From positions 1 through 64,000 of the IMG/VR virus record IMGVR_UViG_3300032675_001827: 64,000 nt of DNA; one strand, 5' to 3'. This stretch comes from a virus. Shown here piece after piece: positions 42,161-52,158 of the stretch. The translations under genes were made by a program, and so were the position numbers. The first letter of the stretch is position 1. Each line of letters starts with the position of its first letter. Below the pieces are notes generated by a model, which worked only from the letters and a program-made list of their open reading frames with translations, did no database searches and was not told the DNA's origin.

Positions 42161-43300
42161 ATGACAATTGACATTGTTCAAGATAAAAAAGATTTAGACA
42201 ATTACTTTTATGTAAAATATTTCCTTAAGAGTGCAACTTCACTCTACGATGCAGCGTTTGATCTTGCAGTTGGTCAAAGTATCGGTAATCCAAGCATGAG
42301 AAGTGTTTGGGAAACCCCAGAAATGATTGCCTCTTATTGTGCAAAAATTCTACGAAGCCCTGATTTAGACCTAGCAGAAGGCCAAGTTGAAATAGGTTTT
42401 CCTTTGGTTAATATTGATTGGGCAACAGATGGTATAGCTCAGCTTCTGTGTACCATAGCGGGCGGACAAGTTGATATAGATCGTATCAAGGGCTGCCGAG
42501 CAATAGGCTTGGAATTTAGTGAAAGTTTTATAGAATCTAATTTCAAAAAACCTAAATTTGGATTAAGCGGATTTAGAGCTTTAACCGGGCAGTATAACAA
42601 GCCACTATTTGGTGGCATTATTAAACCAAAAACTGGAATTACCCCTGATCAATTACTTGATATGACCAAGCAGTTAGTCGACGGAGGCTGTGATTTTATA
42701 AAAGAAGATGAGATTATGGCAAACCCTGCTGTTTGCAGCCTTGAAGACCGTGTAGAATTAATTAGCCGGTACATAAGCAACACCAAAACAGTATACTGTT
42801 TTTGCATCAATGCAGACCCTGCATATATTGTACCAAGAGCTAAGTTTGTTGCTGAAAATGGTGGGCGCGGTGTACACATTAATGTATGGAGCGGTCTTGG
42901 CTCATACAAAAGCATTCGTGATTTAGACTTACCCCTTTACATACACTATCAAAAGAGTGGTGATAGAATATTTACAAGCAAATACAATCCATTTTCTATT
43001 TCGTGGCAACTTTGCTGTCAGCTGGCAGCTTGGTGCGGAGTTGATACTATCCACGCTGGCATGTGGGGTGGTTATCTGTCAGATCCAGAAGATGAACTAC
43101 GCGAAACACTGAAAATACTAACTGATAGGAACGTTACCCCTGCGCTTAGTTGCGGATTAACAAGTGAAAGTATAAGGCCAATAGTTGATAAATTTGGCGT
43201 AGACTGGCTGGGAAATAGTGGTGGTGGAATACATAGCCATCCAGAAGGTAGTCAAACCGGGGCGGCAAAAATTAGAGCTGCTGTAGACCAAATAGGCTAA
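42161..43300 (+). CDS. RuBisCO-like protein (form IV)
   Basis: GQSIG, PKFG, GGIIKPKTG, GGCDFIKEDE, GVDTIHAG, GGGIHSHPEG; 379 aa. Confidence 0.88.
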   Translation: MTIDIVQDKKDLDNYFYVKYFLKSATSLYDAAFDLAVGQSIGNPSMRSVWETPEMIASYCAKILRSPDLDLAEGQVEIGFPLVNIDWATDGIAQLLCTIAGGQVDIDRIKGCRAIGLEFSESFIESNFKKPKFGLSGFRALTGQYNKPLFGGIIKPKTGITPDQLLDMTKQLVDGGCDFIKEDEIMANPAVCSLEDRVELISRYISNTKTVYCFCINADPAYIVPRAKFVAENGGRGVHINVWSGLGSYKSIRDLDLPLYIHYQKSGDRIFTSKYNPFSISWQLCCQLAAWCGVDTIHAGMWGGYLSDPEDELRETLKILTDRNVTPALSCGLTSESIRPIVDKFGVDWLGNSGGGIHSHPEGSQTGAAKIRAAVDQIG

Positions 43301-43305
43301 AAGCA

Positions 43306-43923
43306 TTGAAAATAGCAGTATCATTCAGTGGGTTACCTAGGTTACATCACAGGTCTATGTATGCGTGGGAAGGTTTAATCAAAAATACTTCAGCTGATGT
43401 CTACATGCACCTGTGGAACACCGGCGATGGTGCAGCTGAAAAAATGGTTGAGATTTATTCACCTGTTTCTTATAGTATTGAAAATTTCAGAAATTTTGAT
43501 GTGTCTCAGTATACAGAACGTCTGCAGTATTCAAATCCGTACAACGTTTTAAGTATGTGGACTAGTATATCAGAAAGCATTAATTTGGTATTAGGATCTA
43601 AACAAACATACGATATAGTAATTCGTGCAAGATCTGATGTGGAATTTGATCAATTTCAATTCCTAAACAACCACGGAGTAATAATACCCGGAAAACCAGC
43701 TGAAATATACGAGTATAATGGCGAGAGGTACCCTGGCTGGCACGACATGATTGCTTATGGTAATTTAAGTAGCATGCGCGAGTACGCAAATACCTTGTAT
43801 TCAATACCTACGATTTATTCAGAAGGCAGTCCATTTTTTAGTGAATTTTTTCTTAGCACGCACCTTTATAGAACGAAAACAAACGTTACACATCATAACA
43901 TATATGCAGATATAGTAAGATAG
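43306..43923 (+). CDS. Putative glycosyltransferase-like protein
   Basis: KIAVSFSGLPR, DVYMHLW, YDIVIRARSD, DMIAYG. Confidence 0.65.
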   Translation: MKIAVSFSGLPRLHHRSMYAWEGLIKNTSADVYMHLWNTGDGAAEKMVEIYSPVSYSIENFRNFDVSQYTERLQYSNPYNVLSMWTSISESINLVLGSKQTYDIVIRARSDVEFDQFQFLNNHGVIIPGKPAEIYEYNGERYPGWHDMIAYGNLSSMREYANTLYSIPTIYSEGSPFFSEFFLSTHLYRTKTNVTHHNIYADIVR

Positions 43924-43936
43924 CAAGGATTTTTAA

Positions 43937-45853
43937 ATGGTAGATTTTATGCAATACGAGGACAATCCTGATAGTCCTGAAACTCTTTTGACATTTAGCA
44001 ATGAACTGGCAAATGATAGATTACATAATCTTTCAGTTCTTATTGCAGAACGGGGTTTAGAGCGTACTGTAGATCATACAACACGAACAAAATTATTAGA
44101 ACAAATTAGTATAAGTGGTTTTTATACAAAAGGGCCAGATGGTAAAAAACGAGGTAAAGAAGCCTGTGAAGAATTAGCATTAGATCGCAAAAACAGCTGG
44201 CATACCAAAAATTTAGCCCGCCAGAACAGCACTTACTATGCTAGAAGTTTGTCTTCACTATTACCAAAGACTGAATGCAAACCGTTTGTCTATACTCCGC
44301 CAGATGATTATAAACCTATGAATCCTAGTATTACCAATAAAGGTAGCGAGTTATGGATGATTCAACGAACTGTAAATTATGTTATTAGGCCCGATGGCAG
44401 CTATAACATGCGAGGCGACAGTGCTATTAGAACACGCAATTATCTCTGTCAATTAGATGAACAATTACAATGTGTGTCTGCTAGAGAAATACTACCTCCG
44501 CTAAATCTGCCGCCAGCACAATATGGGGCTGTAATTGGATGGGAGGATTGCAGACTGTTTTACTGGAATGATAGTTTTTGGTGTACTAGCACGGTTCGAG
44601 AATTAAATGCAGAAGGTTACTGTGAAATTGTTCTTTCTAAAATTATAGAACAAGATGGTTTTTTATATTTTTCCGACTATTGTGTAATACAGCCGCAATT
44701 TTGTGGTAGAGAGCATCAAAAAAATTGGATGCCAATGGTGGTAGGCACAGATTTATATTTTATGTACAGCAGTGATCCAGCAAGAATCATTGATGTAAAT
44801 GGAAACTTGATAAGCAGCAAAGCGACACATATTGCAGCCGACAGTTTTAGAGGAGGTAGTCAACTATTGCCGTTTAATGGAGGTTGGCTAGCCATAATAC
44901 ACGAAAGTCATATAATGCCTGATAACAAAAGAAGGTATATGCATAGACTTGTATGGTATGATAACATAGGACGATTATCCAAATACAGTGAAGCTTTTTT
45001 TATACACACACTTGGTATAGAATTTGCAGCTGGATTGGCCTTTAAAAAAGACAGCGGCCAAATTGTTATAAGCTTTGGTTTAGCTGATAAGGAAAGCTGG
45101 GTGGCATTGATTGACGAAAACGAACTTTGTCAAATACTTCAACCGGCAGGTGTAATCCTGCCAAGACTAGGCGACTTAAATGATACAAGCTGGATTATAA
45201 GTCAGACCAACCGTTCGCTGCTTGACAGCGATAGCGTCAGCAAAGCAACTGGTATTGCGTTGCGAGCTGGCATATCTAGTCACGAGGATGCAGCCAAAAA
45301 TTGGGATAACCTTGTAGCAGTTTGGCATGCAACTATGACAACTGATATCGATAGTCCAGTTATGGATGTAGCTGCTACAGAAGGCAGTGCGTTTCTTCCT
45401 GCCTTAGAAAGATTTGGCTATCAACATTTATTCAGTATAAACATTGATGAACCAAATCCACGCACAATTGGAAAAATTCATTATCAACATGGCGATTGTA
45501 CCAACACAAGTTTCGAAGATAATTACTTTGGATTTATATCCTGTTTGAGTGTTATAGAACATGGAGTTGATATTCAAAAATTCATGCAGGAATCTGCAAG
45601 AATTCTCAAGTCAGGTGGCTATCTCTTGGTAAGCACAGATTATTGGCAAGACACTGTTGATACATTTGGGCAAACTGCATTTGGATCACCTGTGAAAGTT
45701 TTTACAGCTCAAGAAATCGCTGAATTAATAAATTTTGCTCAATCAGCAGGCTTACAAATTACCAGCAATGTTGATTTAACCTGCAACGAACGAGTGGTTA
45801 ATTGGATAGGCATGGATTATACATTTATTAATTTGCTTTTTAGGAAGCCTTGA
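43937..45853 (+). CDS. Beta-propeller glycosidase-like domain fused to a class I SAM methyltransferase
   Basis: NPSI, EDCRL, QKNWMP, RGGSQ, IEFAAG; C-terminal CLSVIEHG, RILKSGGYL. Confidence 0.7.
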   Translation: MVDFMQYEDNPDSPETLLTFSNELANDRLHNLSVLIAERGLERTVDHTTRTKLLEQISISGFYTKGPDGKKRGKEACEELALDRKNSWHTKNLARQNSTYYARSLSSLLPKTECKPFVYTPPDDYKPMNPSITNKGSELWMIQRTVNYVIRPDGSYNMRGDSAIRTRNYLCQLDEQLQCVSAREILPPLNLPPAQYGAVIGWEDCRLFYWNDSFWCTSTVRELNAEGYCEIVLSKIIEQDGFLYFSDYCVIQPQFCGREHQKNWMPMVVGTDLYFMYSSDPARIIDVNGNLISSKATHIAADSFRGGSQLLPFNGGWLAIIHESHIMPDNKRRYMHRLVWYDNIGRLSKYSEAFFIHTLGIEFAAGLAFKKDSGQIVISFGLADKESWVALIDENELCQILQPAGVILPRLGDLNDTSWIISQTNRSLLDSDSVSKATGIALRAGISSHEDAAKNWDNLVAVWHATMTTDIDSPVMDVAATEGSAFLPALERFGYQHLFSINIDEPNPRTIGKIHYQHGDCTNTSFEDNYFGFISCLSVIEHGVDIQKFMQESARILKSGGYLLVSTDYWQDTVDTFGQTAFGSPVKVFTAQEIAELINFAQSAGLQITSNVDLTCNERVVNWIGMDYTFINLLFRKP

Positions 45854-46497
45854 TGAAAATAGCACTGGCTTTAAGTGGGCTGACACGGATACATGCCATA
45901 TCAGCTGCAAGCTGGGGTAGAATTATCGGAAAGTATCAACCAGATGTTTATATTCATTCATGGTGCTTGCCTGCAGATATGTCTGTTATATATGACCAAC
46001 TAGGCCGGGTGTTCAAACCTAAACAAATATTGCTGGAAGAGCCTATAAGTATTGACACAGCCCCTTACCCAGACCGGCACTGGCCCTATATAAATGTTGA
46101 CCGCAGCTTAAGTATGTGGCATAGTATTTGTAGAGCTTATAGTATGGTAATTGAGCATGACGTAAATTATGATATAATTATAAGAGGCAGAATGGATTGG
46201 CATGTTCACAGCTTAGATTTAATTGATCATGATGGTATTGTTTTGCCGTATGATAGAGATAAGATTCCTTTAAAATTTAACTATAATGGTAACAACATGC
46301 ACGGCTTAAACGATCATTTTGCTTATGGGTCGCCAAAATGGATGAAATGTTACACAAATACTCTTGCACTTATACCGCAACTATACTCTCAAGAGGGTGT
46401 GGATTACTGTCCTGAAAATTTTCTTGCAGCAAGTCTGGCCAAACAACATGTACCAGTAATGCTACAAAATCTTGAACATTGTTTAATACGGAGTTGA
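45853..46497 (+). CDS. Putative glycosyltransferase-like protein
   Basis: KIALALSGLTR, DVYIHSW, YDIIIRGRMD, NDHFAYG, PE. Confidence 0.65.
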   Translation: MKIALALSGLTRIHAISAASWGRIIGKYQPDVYIHSWCLPADMSVIYDQLGRVFKPKQILLEEPISIDTAPYPDRHWPYINVDRSLSMWHSICRAYSMVIEHDVNYDIIIRGRMDWHVHSLDLIDHDGIVLPYDRDKIPLKFNYNGNNMHGLNDHFAYGSPKWMKCYTNTLALIPQLYSQEGVDYCPENFLAASLAKQHVPVMLQNLEHCLIRS

Positions 46498-46498
46498 A

Positions 46499-47575
46499 AT
46501 GAAAATAGGAATATATGGTCCGGCTAAAAACGAACGACACCATGTAGATGCTTGGTTTGAAAGTTGCAAAAATGCCGATGTAATTTGCATTGCTGATACA
46601 GGAAGTACAGATGGTACACGAGAACGATTGATAGAACTAGGTGTAAATGTAACTGATGTAAGAATAGTACCATGGAGATTCGACGATGCTTTTAATATGG
46701 CAATGTACCTTTTGCCAGATGATGTTGATGTCTGCATTCGCCTTGATATAGACGAACGACTCCAGCCAGGATGGCGAGAAGCGTTAGAACGAGATTGGAC
46801 ACCAGAAACTACAAGATTACGATATCCTTACGTTTGGAACTGGAATCCAGATGGCACACCTGGCAGGCAATGGTATAGTGATCGTATCCATGCTAGATCA
46901 GGTTACAGGTGGGTCGGTGCAACACACGAAGGTTTATGCAGTAGAATACCCGAGGTTCAAACATTTACAGATGATGTTAAAATTTGGCAATTTCCAGACG
47001 CCAAAGACAAGAAGAATGATTTATCATTGTTGCTAGAAAGTGTGAGAGACTGGCCACAAGATGCAAGACTATGGGCATACTTGGGTAGAGAATATATGTA
47101 TCAAGGTCTATATGAAAAGAGCGTTGAAACTTATAAACAGTTTTTAACTATGAGCTGGGATAAAGTAGAACGCGGCCAGGCTATGGTCAATCTAAGCATT
47201 ACTGATTCAGGTAATAAAGAGTTTTGGCTTAGAATGGCCAGTATTGAAACACCAGGACACAGAGAACCGTTGGTCAATCTTGCACAATACTATTACGATA
47301 AAAAAGATTGGACAAAATGCTATGAAGCATCTAAAAAGGCATTAGAAATAACTGTTCATCCTATGGATTATACTTGTACTCCCGAAGCATGGGGTTGGCA
47401 ACCACATGATTTACTGAGTATAGCTGCATGGAATCTTGGATTATTTCAAGAAAGTTATGAACAAAGCCTGATAGCTCTTGAGAAAAATCCGCATGATCAA
47501 CGACTGCAGAGTAATCTAAAATTGGTAGCCGATTTTATAACAGAAAATAATCTAAATTCAAACAAAACCAGCTGA
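46499..47575 (+). CDS. GT2 glycosyltransferase with TPR-like C-terminus
   Basis: KNE, DTGSTDGT, WRFDDA, LDIDE, HE, YLGREY. Confidence 0.88.
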   Translation: MKIGIYGPAKNERHHVDAWFESCKNADVICIADTGSTDGTRERLIELGVNVTDVRIVPWRFDDAFNMAMYLLPDDVDVCIRLDIDERLQPGWREALERDWTPETTRLRYPYVWNWNPDGTPGRQWYSDRIHARSGYRWVGATHEGLCSRIPEVQTFTDDVKIWQFPDAKDKKNDLSLLLESVRDWPQDARLWAYLGREYMYQGLYEKSVETYKQFLTMSWDKVERGQAMVNLSITDSGNKEFWLRMASIETPGHREPLVNLAQYYYDKKDWTKCYEASKKALEITVHPMDYTCTPEAWGWQPHDLLSIAAWNLGLFQESYEQSLIALEKNPHDQRLQSNLKLVADFITENNLNSNKTS

Positions 47576-47577
47576 AA

Positions 47578-47802
47578 TTATGATTTATGTCTAAAGGTAA
47601 TTCTGCCTTTAGACACATCATAAACGCTTACCTCTACAGTTACTCTATCCATCAATCTGATATTGATGTTATGAATACGCATCTTGCCTTTAAGATGGCA
47701 CAAAATAGCTGCGCTATTGTCTAGTTTGACTCTAAATAAAGCATTAGGAAGGGTTTCAATTACCTGCCCTTCTAATGTAAAAGTGGATTCATCTTTACTC
47801 AT
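47578..47802 (-). CDS. infA: Translation initiation factor IF-1
   Basis: EGQVIETLPNALFRVKLDN, GKMR, DRVTVE.S.YD.SKGRITFR. Confidence 0.93.
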   Translation of the reverse strand: MSKDESTFTLEGQVIETLPNALFRVKLDNSAAILCHLKGKMRIHNINIRLMDRVTVEVSVYDVSKGRITFRHKS

Positions 47803-47816
47803 ATGGAGTATTTATA

Positions 47817-48206
47817 TTGAAAAAACAATATTATTGCGAATTTAAAACATGGGCAGAAGGAACTGTTGATTGTCCATGGGATTTGGCTAAATTTGAGGAG
47901 TTGCCTGAGTATAGACTGCGTAGCGATCTAAGCATTTTAGCATCTGCTAACAAGGTAAAAGGCATCTTTCTTTCATTAGATAGTAATGCTTGCACAAAAT
48001 TTCTCAAGGATTATGTTGCTGCTTTAGTTTTGGGAGTAGTGCTTGATATAGACGACTTATCTGAAATCAAAAATCTAATTACAAATGTGTTTGGTTATTG
48101 TGAGATAATAGGCATTATGCAAGTTACAGAGGAAAACAAAGCCAAGATTGATAAAGTTATGTCCGGTGCTCGTATTACAACAAACACCGGATCTAGCATC
48201 AGTTAA
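47817..48206 (+). CDS. Hypothetical protein
   Basis: 129-aa ORF. Confidence 0.5.
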   Translation: MKKQYYCEFKTWAEGTVDCPWDLAKFEELPEYRLRSDLSILASANKVKGIFLSLDSNACTKFLKDYVAALVLGVVLDIDDLSEIKNLITNVFGYCEIIGIMQVTEENKAKIDKVMSGARITTNTGSSIS

Positions 48207-48409
48207 ATACGTGACCTACGACTTGCACGGCGTGCCTCGTCTTCGGTGTACCCAACGTACACCGGTACCCAAACTTGGGGAATAGGAAGGCCGCTCTTAC
48301 GATGCCAGTCAAGATCAGCAAAAGGGCTGTCAATCATTGACCACACAACCCATCGGCCGTCATGCTGACGCTGTACAATGTCGTGCTTCTTTGTATTTTC
48401 AATGCTCAT
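48203..48409 (-). CDS. Small hypothetical protein
   Basis: AGGA RBS; TTGACA promoter near 48508 (minus strand). Confidence 0.55.
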   Translation of the reverse strand: MSIENTKKHDIVQRQHDGRWVVWSMIDSPFADLDWHRKSGLPIPQVWVPVYVGYTEDEARRASRRSRI

Positions 48410-48544
48410 GTGTATTTTTCCTATGTTACATGAGGTTGTCGCATTTCTTATGCGCTGCAAGCACCATGCTTGCAAACATAAATATATAGCATTTGTTTTC
48501 ATTGTCAAGCAAAATTATAGCATACGATAGTGAAGTTGATTATT

Positions 48545-49258
48545 ATGAGTCAAAATGATAAAGCACTAACCAGATGGGAATACAGCAAGCAATTCAGCAA
48601 CTACCACTTTGATCCTACAATAAACGAGGATCAAGATCCCCATTGGAAATATCTTGGTAGGGTAGAGGGCGATTTAGCAGGCATTTTTTATTCTGCTTTA
48701 GAACAGGGCAAAATAGAACCAAATGGATTTTTAAATAGATTGTCTGTTCAAATTGGTTTGACTGAAAAACCATTTACGTACGAATACGATAAAGCGGAAT
48801 TAGAATACTTAAATTTAGACCCAAATCATACTTTTTTTGATAACTTGAACTGTAAACATCTTGAAGGTGTTCAAAAAATTATGTCAGCTTTCCATTGTCA
48901 ACATGCTGGTGCAACATTTCATATACAAAGACCTGGTCAAACGTTTCCATTTCATATTGACGAAATACCGGGTGTTAAAAATAATAGGCATGGAAGCTTA
49001 TTAGATAAACATCCTAAATGGGGTTGCAGATTTGAAATTCCTATTTTTGACTGGCAGCCTGGACATGTATGGGCAGTAGGTAATACATACTGGAAACAAT
49101 GGAAAGCTGGTGATATTTTTTGGCACGATTGGCGAAACACACCGCACAGAACTGCTAACATTAGTAGGTGTGACAGAGTGACACTACAAATTACCGGTTT
49201 ATGTTCTGGTGAAACCATTGAAATAATAGAAAATGGTGGTTTAACAATACATGTATGA
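48545..49258 (+). CDS. Putative 2OG-Fe(II) oxygenase-like protein
   Basis: QRPGQTFPFHID, DWQPGH, WKAGD, PH.TAN, RVTLQITG. Confidence 0.65.
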   Translation: MSQNDKALTRWEYSKQFSNYHFDPTINEDQDPHWKYLGRVEGDLAGIFYSALEQGKIEPNGFLNRLSVQIGLTEKPFTYEYDKAELEYLNLDPNHTFFDNLNCKHLEGVQKIMSAFHCQHAGATFHIQRPGQTFPFHIDEIPGVKNNRHGSLLDKHPKWGCRFEIPIFDWQPGHVWAVGNTYWKQWKAGDIFWHDWRNTPHRTANISRCDRVTLQITGLCSGETIEIIENGGLTIHV

Positions 49259-50030
49259 TCTATTTGACAGCAACCATTATGGCTTCAATTTCAAATACCT
49301 ATCAAGCATAGATATAGATTTAGACCATAGTCTGCTTCAAAAAATATTAGAATATTTGGTGCAAAATGCTTCTGTGTCTATGCCACTAGGAAAACAAGAT
49401 CCATTTTGGTTAGGACAAAGAATAAGGGGTGTGGATATGGATACTGTACCTGAAGAACTAAAAAGCTTGAATCCTGCACAAATTGAATTCTTTTTACGAC
49501 AACGCACCGATGTCAGTTGGAATTGGGTTGATACTCCAATTACGCAAACGGTGTATAAATTACTTGAACCAATTAGTTCTTTGTATAAAACTCTAACAAG
49601 AGTTAAAATTTTTGCTCAAATTCCGACTAAAGCCATTTTGCCACACAGAGATTTAGTAGCCGGTGCAATGTACAACAGGATGCATGAAGATACCGTTACT
49701 AGACTTGGAACAAATCTTCTTAGATATAATGGCGAGGAATGGTTCAAAAAAATTTATACAGTTCCTGATAATTTTACTCATGCTGAGCAAGGCTATCTAG
49801 CATTAAAAATACCATTGGATTTTCTCCAACCAGGGAGATCATATCTTTGCGATTTTGAAAATAATAGATATTATTACGATCCATCTAATAAGCCATATTT
49901 GCTTAACGAATACGAAATTCTACATGGTGTTGATGCAGTTGATCAATGGAGAGGTGTAGTGTTTCTCGACGGGATACTAGATATAAGTAAAATTAATTGT
50001 ATGCAGAAACCTATGCACAGAAATTCTTAG
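49251..50030 (+). CDS. Putative 2OG-Fe(II) oxygenase-like protein
   Basis: PHRD, LN...LHGVD, R..VFLDG. Confidence 0.55.
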   Translation: MYDLFDSNHYGFNFKYLSSIDIDLDHSLLQKILEYLVQNASVSMPLGKQDPFWLGQRIRGVDMDTVPEELKSLNPAQIEFFLRQRTDVSWNWVDTPITQTVYKLLEPISSLYKTLTRVKIFAQIPTKAILPHRDLVAGAMYNRMHEDTVTRLGTNLLRYNGEEWFKKIYTVPDNFTHAEQGYLALKIPLDFLQPGRSYLCDFENNRYYYDPSNKPYLLNEYEILHGVDAVDQWRGVVFLDGILDISKINCMQKPMHRNS

Positions 50031-50521
50031 TGTGTCTCCCATGGAAACACAATCCATCTAGGGTTGCTATTTTTATTCACAGATAGTCCGTAAAAATCAA
50101 CAAAAAAATCAGAAACTAGGTTGTCAACTAAAACGGCAGATCGCAGATTATTTTGACAAACTGTTGTCCAATCCTCTTGCGACATTACGCCTGCAACATT
50201 AGAGTACCAATCCTCTTGAATCCACTTGAATGTAGCCCCTGAATCATTTATATCGTCTACTAATAGAATTTTTTTACCGCCAATTAGATCCTCTGGCATC
50301 CAGCAATTTGTTTCGCAATCTTTGTCATCGCGCAGGCTTACTTTTAAGCCGTACATAGGAACTTCCAATATATGGCTCAACATTACTGCCGGAACCGCGC
50401 CGCCTCGTAATATTCCTACTATATAATCAGGCCTCCACTTGCTTTTCAAAATATCAAAAGCAAGCTTGTTGGTTAAATTCTGAAACTTTTTCCAAGAAAA
50501 AACTCTAGTTTTTAGGTCCAT
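50027..50521 (-). CDS. Type I phosphoribosyltransferase
   Basis: IVGILRGG, ILLVDDINDSGATF, WIVFPWE. Confidence 0.9.
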   Translation of the reverse strand: MDLKTRVFSWKKFQNLTNKLAFDILKSKWRPDYIVGILRGGAVPAVMLSHILEVPMYGLKVSLRDDKDCETNCWMPEDLIGGKKILLVDDINDSGATFKWIQEDWYSNVAGVMSQEDWTTVCQNNLRSAVLVDNLVSDFFVDFYGLSVNKNSNPRWIVFPWETH

Positions 50522-51300
50522 AAATTTTTCCTAATCTTTACAAGCCGAATCAGCATATCCTGATCTTCTTGATCATACTCATTTTCAATTTGTCGGCATT
50601 TATCTAGTATTTGTCTAGTTTGCTCTCTGTCATCTTCGGAATCATCTTCAAAGTCTAAAATATCCTTACCGCTCTTCTGTAACTGATCACAGTAATCGGA
50701 CCATCCGCTTGCGTCATACGGATCTGGTCTTGCAGGTCGTGTATATTTCCACCAATGGTAGAGCTCCCAGATTTCTCGCGCTGCATGTGCTTGCTGATCG
50801 CAACGCGATGTAGCATCAAGATTGGGGTCATCTAATGACATTTCCCATGTGAGATAATCCAGCCCTGCTTGCGGATCTCTAAACGCTTTAAACCTGGTTT
50901 TTCCTAAGCTCCACCAAGGATGCTTGCGTTTGTTACGTTCTTCTTTACTAAAGACCACTTGCATCCAGGCCTTTTCAACTTCCACAAAATCTACAAGTAG
51001 ATTAAACATACCGTGTAGCATGCGTGTGTCCCCGTCAGCATATCCTGGTTTTAGTCCGGTGTTAATTACGTGATACCGATCAAAAACACGCACACGAATT
51101 CCATAGCGTAATTCGCTAAGCGGACGTGTAAAGAATTTTACACAATCGTCAAATTTATCAGGCAATGTTTCGGCTAGAAAATATGCTAACGGCCGTTCAG
51201 CTTTAGTCTTTTCGTGCCAGATACGCCAACCTTTCCAGGTTTTTGCCTCAGGTTTTTGTAAATTAAGATATTGTTTTACTTTGTATAGAGTGTTTTTCAT
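50512..51300 (-). CDS. Conserved phage hypothetical protein
   Basis: LVDFVEVE, ELYHWW..RPARPDP, MLIRLVKIR..LWT; TTGACA-17-TATACT upstream. Confidence 0.7.
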   Translation of the reverse strand: MKNTLYKVKQYLNLQKPEAKTWKGWRIWHEKTKAERPLAYFLAETLPDKFDDCVKFFTRPLSELRYGIRVRVFDRYHVINTGLKPGYADGDTRMLHGMFNLLVDFVEVEKAWMQVVFSKEERNKRKHPWWSLGKTRFKAFRDPQAGLDYLTWEMSLDDPNLDATSRCDQQAHAAREIWELYHWWKYTRPARPDPYDASGWSDYCDQLQKSGKDILDFEDDSEDDREQTRQILDKCRQIENEYDQEDQDMLIRLVKIRKNLWT

Positions 51301-51333
51301 GCTATCGTAGTATAGCATTCAAGATGCTGGCTG

Positions 51334-52158
51334 TCAAGCTTGGGGTTTTAATAGTATTAAGTTTTGCTCGTTTTCAATAATGAATCCGTTGTTTACAGCA
51401 TAAACCCCGTACGCTGGTCCAAGTAAGCGTTGCAAATTACGACCTTGTTCGCTTTCTAATCTTATATCAAGATTTTCTGGAATACTATCTGCTATATAAA
51501 AACTGAATATGTTGTTATTTTTTAGAAAGCTTACAGTTCTGCCTTCTAACATTACACTGTCAGCATTGCTATTGATCCAAAATTCTTTTAATGATTCTTC
51601 GCTTTCCGGTTCTTCGCTTTCCGGTTCTTGATCTTGATCTTGGTCTTGGTCTTGGTCTTGGTCTGTGTCCGTTTTATCTTCTATAGAGTTTTGCTCATCA
51701 TCATTTGTGTCGTCCGTAGGTTCAGAAATTGGTTCAATAATTTTGCTTTGATCAAGTTCTATAGACTTGTTGAGATTTTCTAAGTTTACATCTGCTGGTG
51801 ATTTTTGTCGAGGCGATTGAAACTGCCATTGATCTACATTGGTCAAGTTATCAACGTCTTCTAAAATGTTAATTAAAATTTGTGGAAAATTCTTTGTGCG
51901 AGAAATTTCGACCCAGACGACATAAAAGCCATCTGGTGTTGGAGCAGGACTGACTTCTGTATCTAATATAGGTTGGCTACTCCTATCTATAAAATTACTT
52001 AAATCACGTGCAGGATCGGCATCCCCGCAGTAAAAGCCGACCACGATACATTTTTTGTCTGAAATTTTACTTTCAAACTCATCAATACTGATAACAGGTT
52101 GTACCAGATATTCAAGGGATTTTCGAGAAAGCCCTTCGTTAAATTTCTGCTTGCTCAT
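51334..52158 (-). CDS. Conserved phage protein with acidic DQ/EPESE repeat linker
   Basis: ISIDEFESKI, PARDL.NFI, DTEVS. Confidence 0.7.
   Translation of the reverse strand: MSKQKFNEGLSRKSLEYLVQPVISIDEFESKISDKKCIVVGFYCGDADPARDLSNFIDRSSQPILDTEVSPAPTPDGFYVVWVEISRTKNFPQILINILEDVDNLTNVDQWQFQSPRQKSPADVNLENLNKSIELDQSKIIEPISEPTDDTNDDEQNSIEDKTDTDQDQDQDQDQDQEPESEEPESEESLKEFWINSNADSVMLEGRTVSFLKNNNIFSFYIADSIPENLDIRLESEQGRNLQRLLGPAYGVYAVNNGFIIENEQNLILLKPQA

Noticed and set aside
42161-43300. Carbon-fixing RuBisCO
   Set aside because: Short length, KEDE motif, divergent substrate-binding motifs, and no small subunit or phosphoribulokinase point to form IV.
51595-51665. DQ and EPESE repeats as a functional element
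   Set aside because: Ordinary in-frame low-complexity acidic linker.
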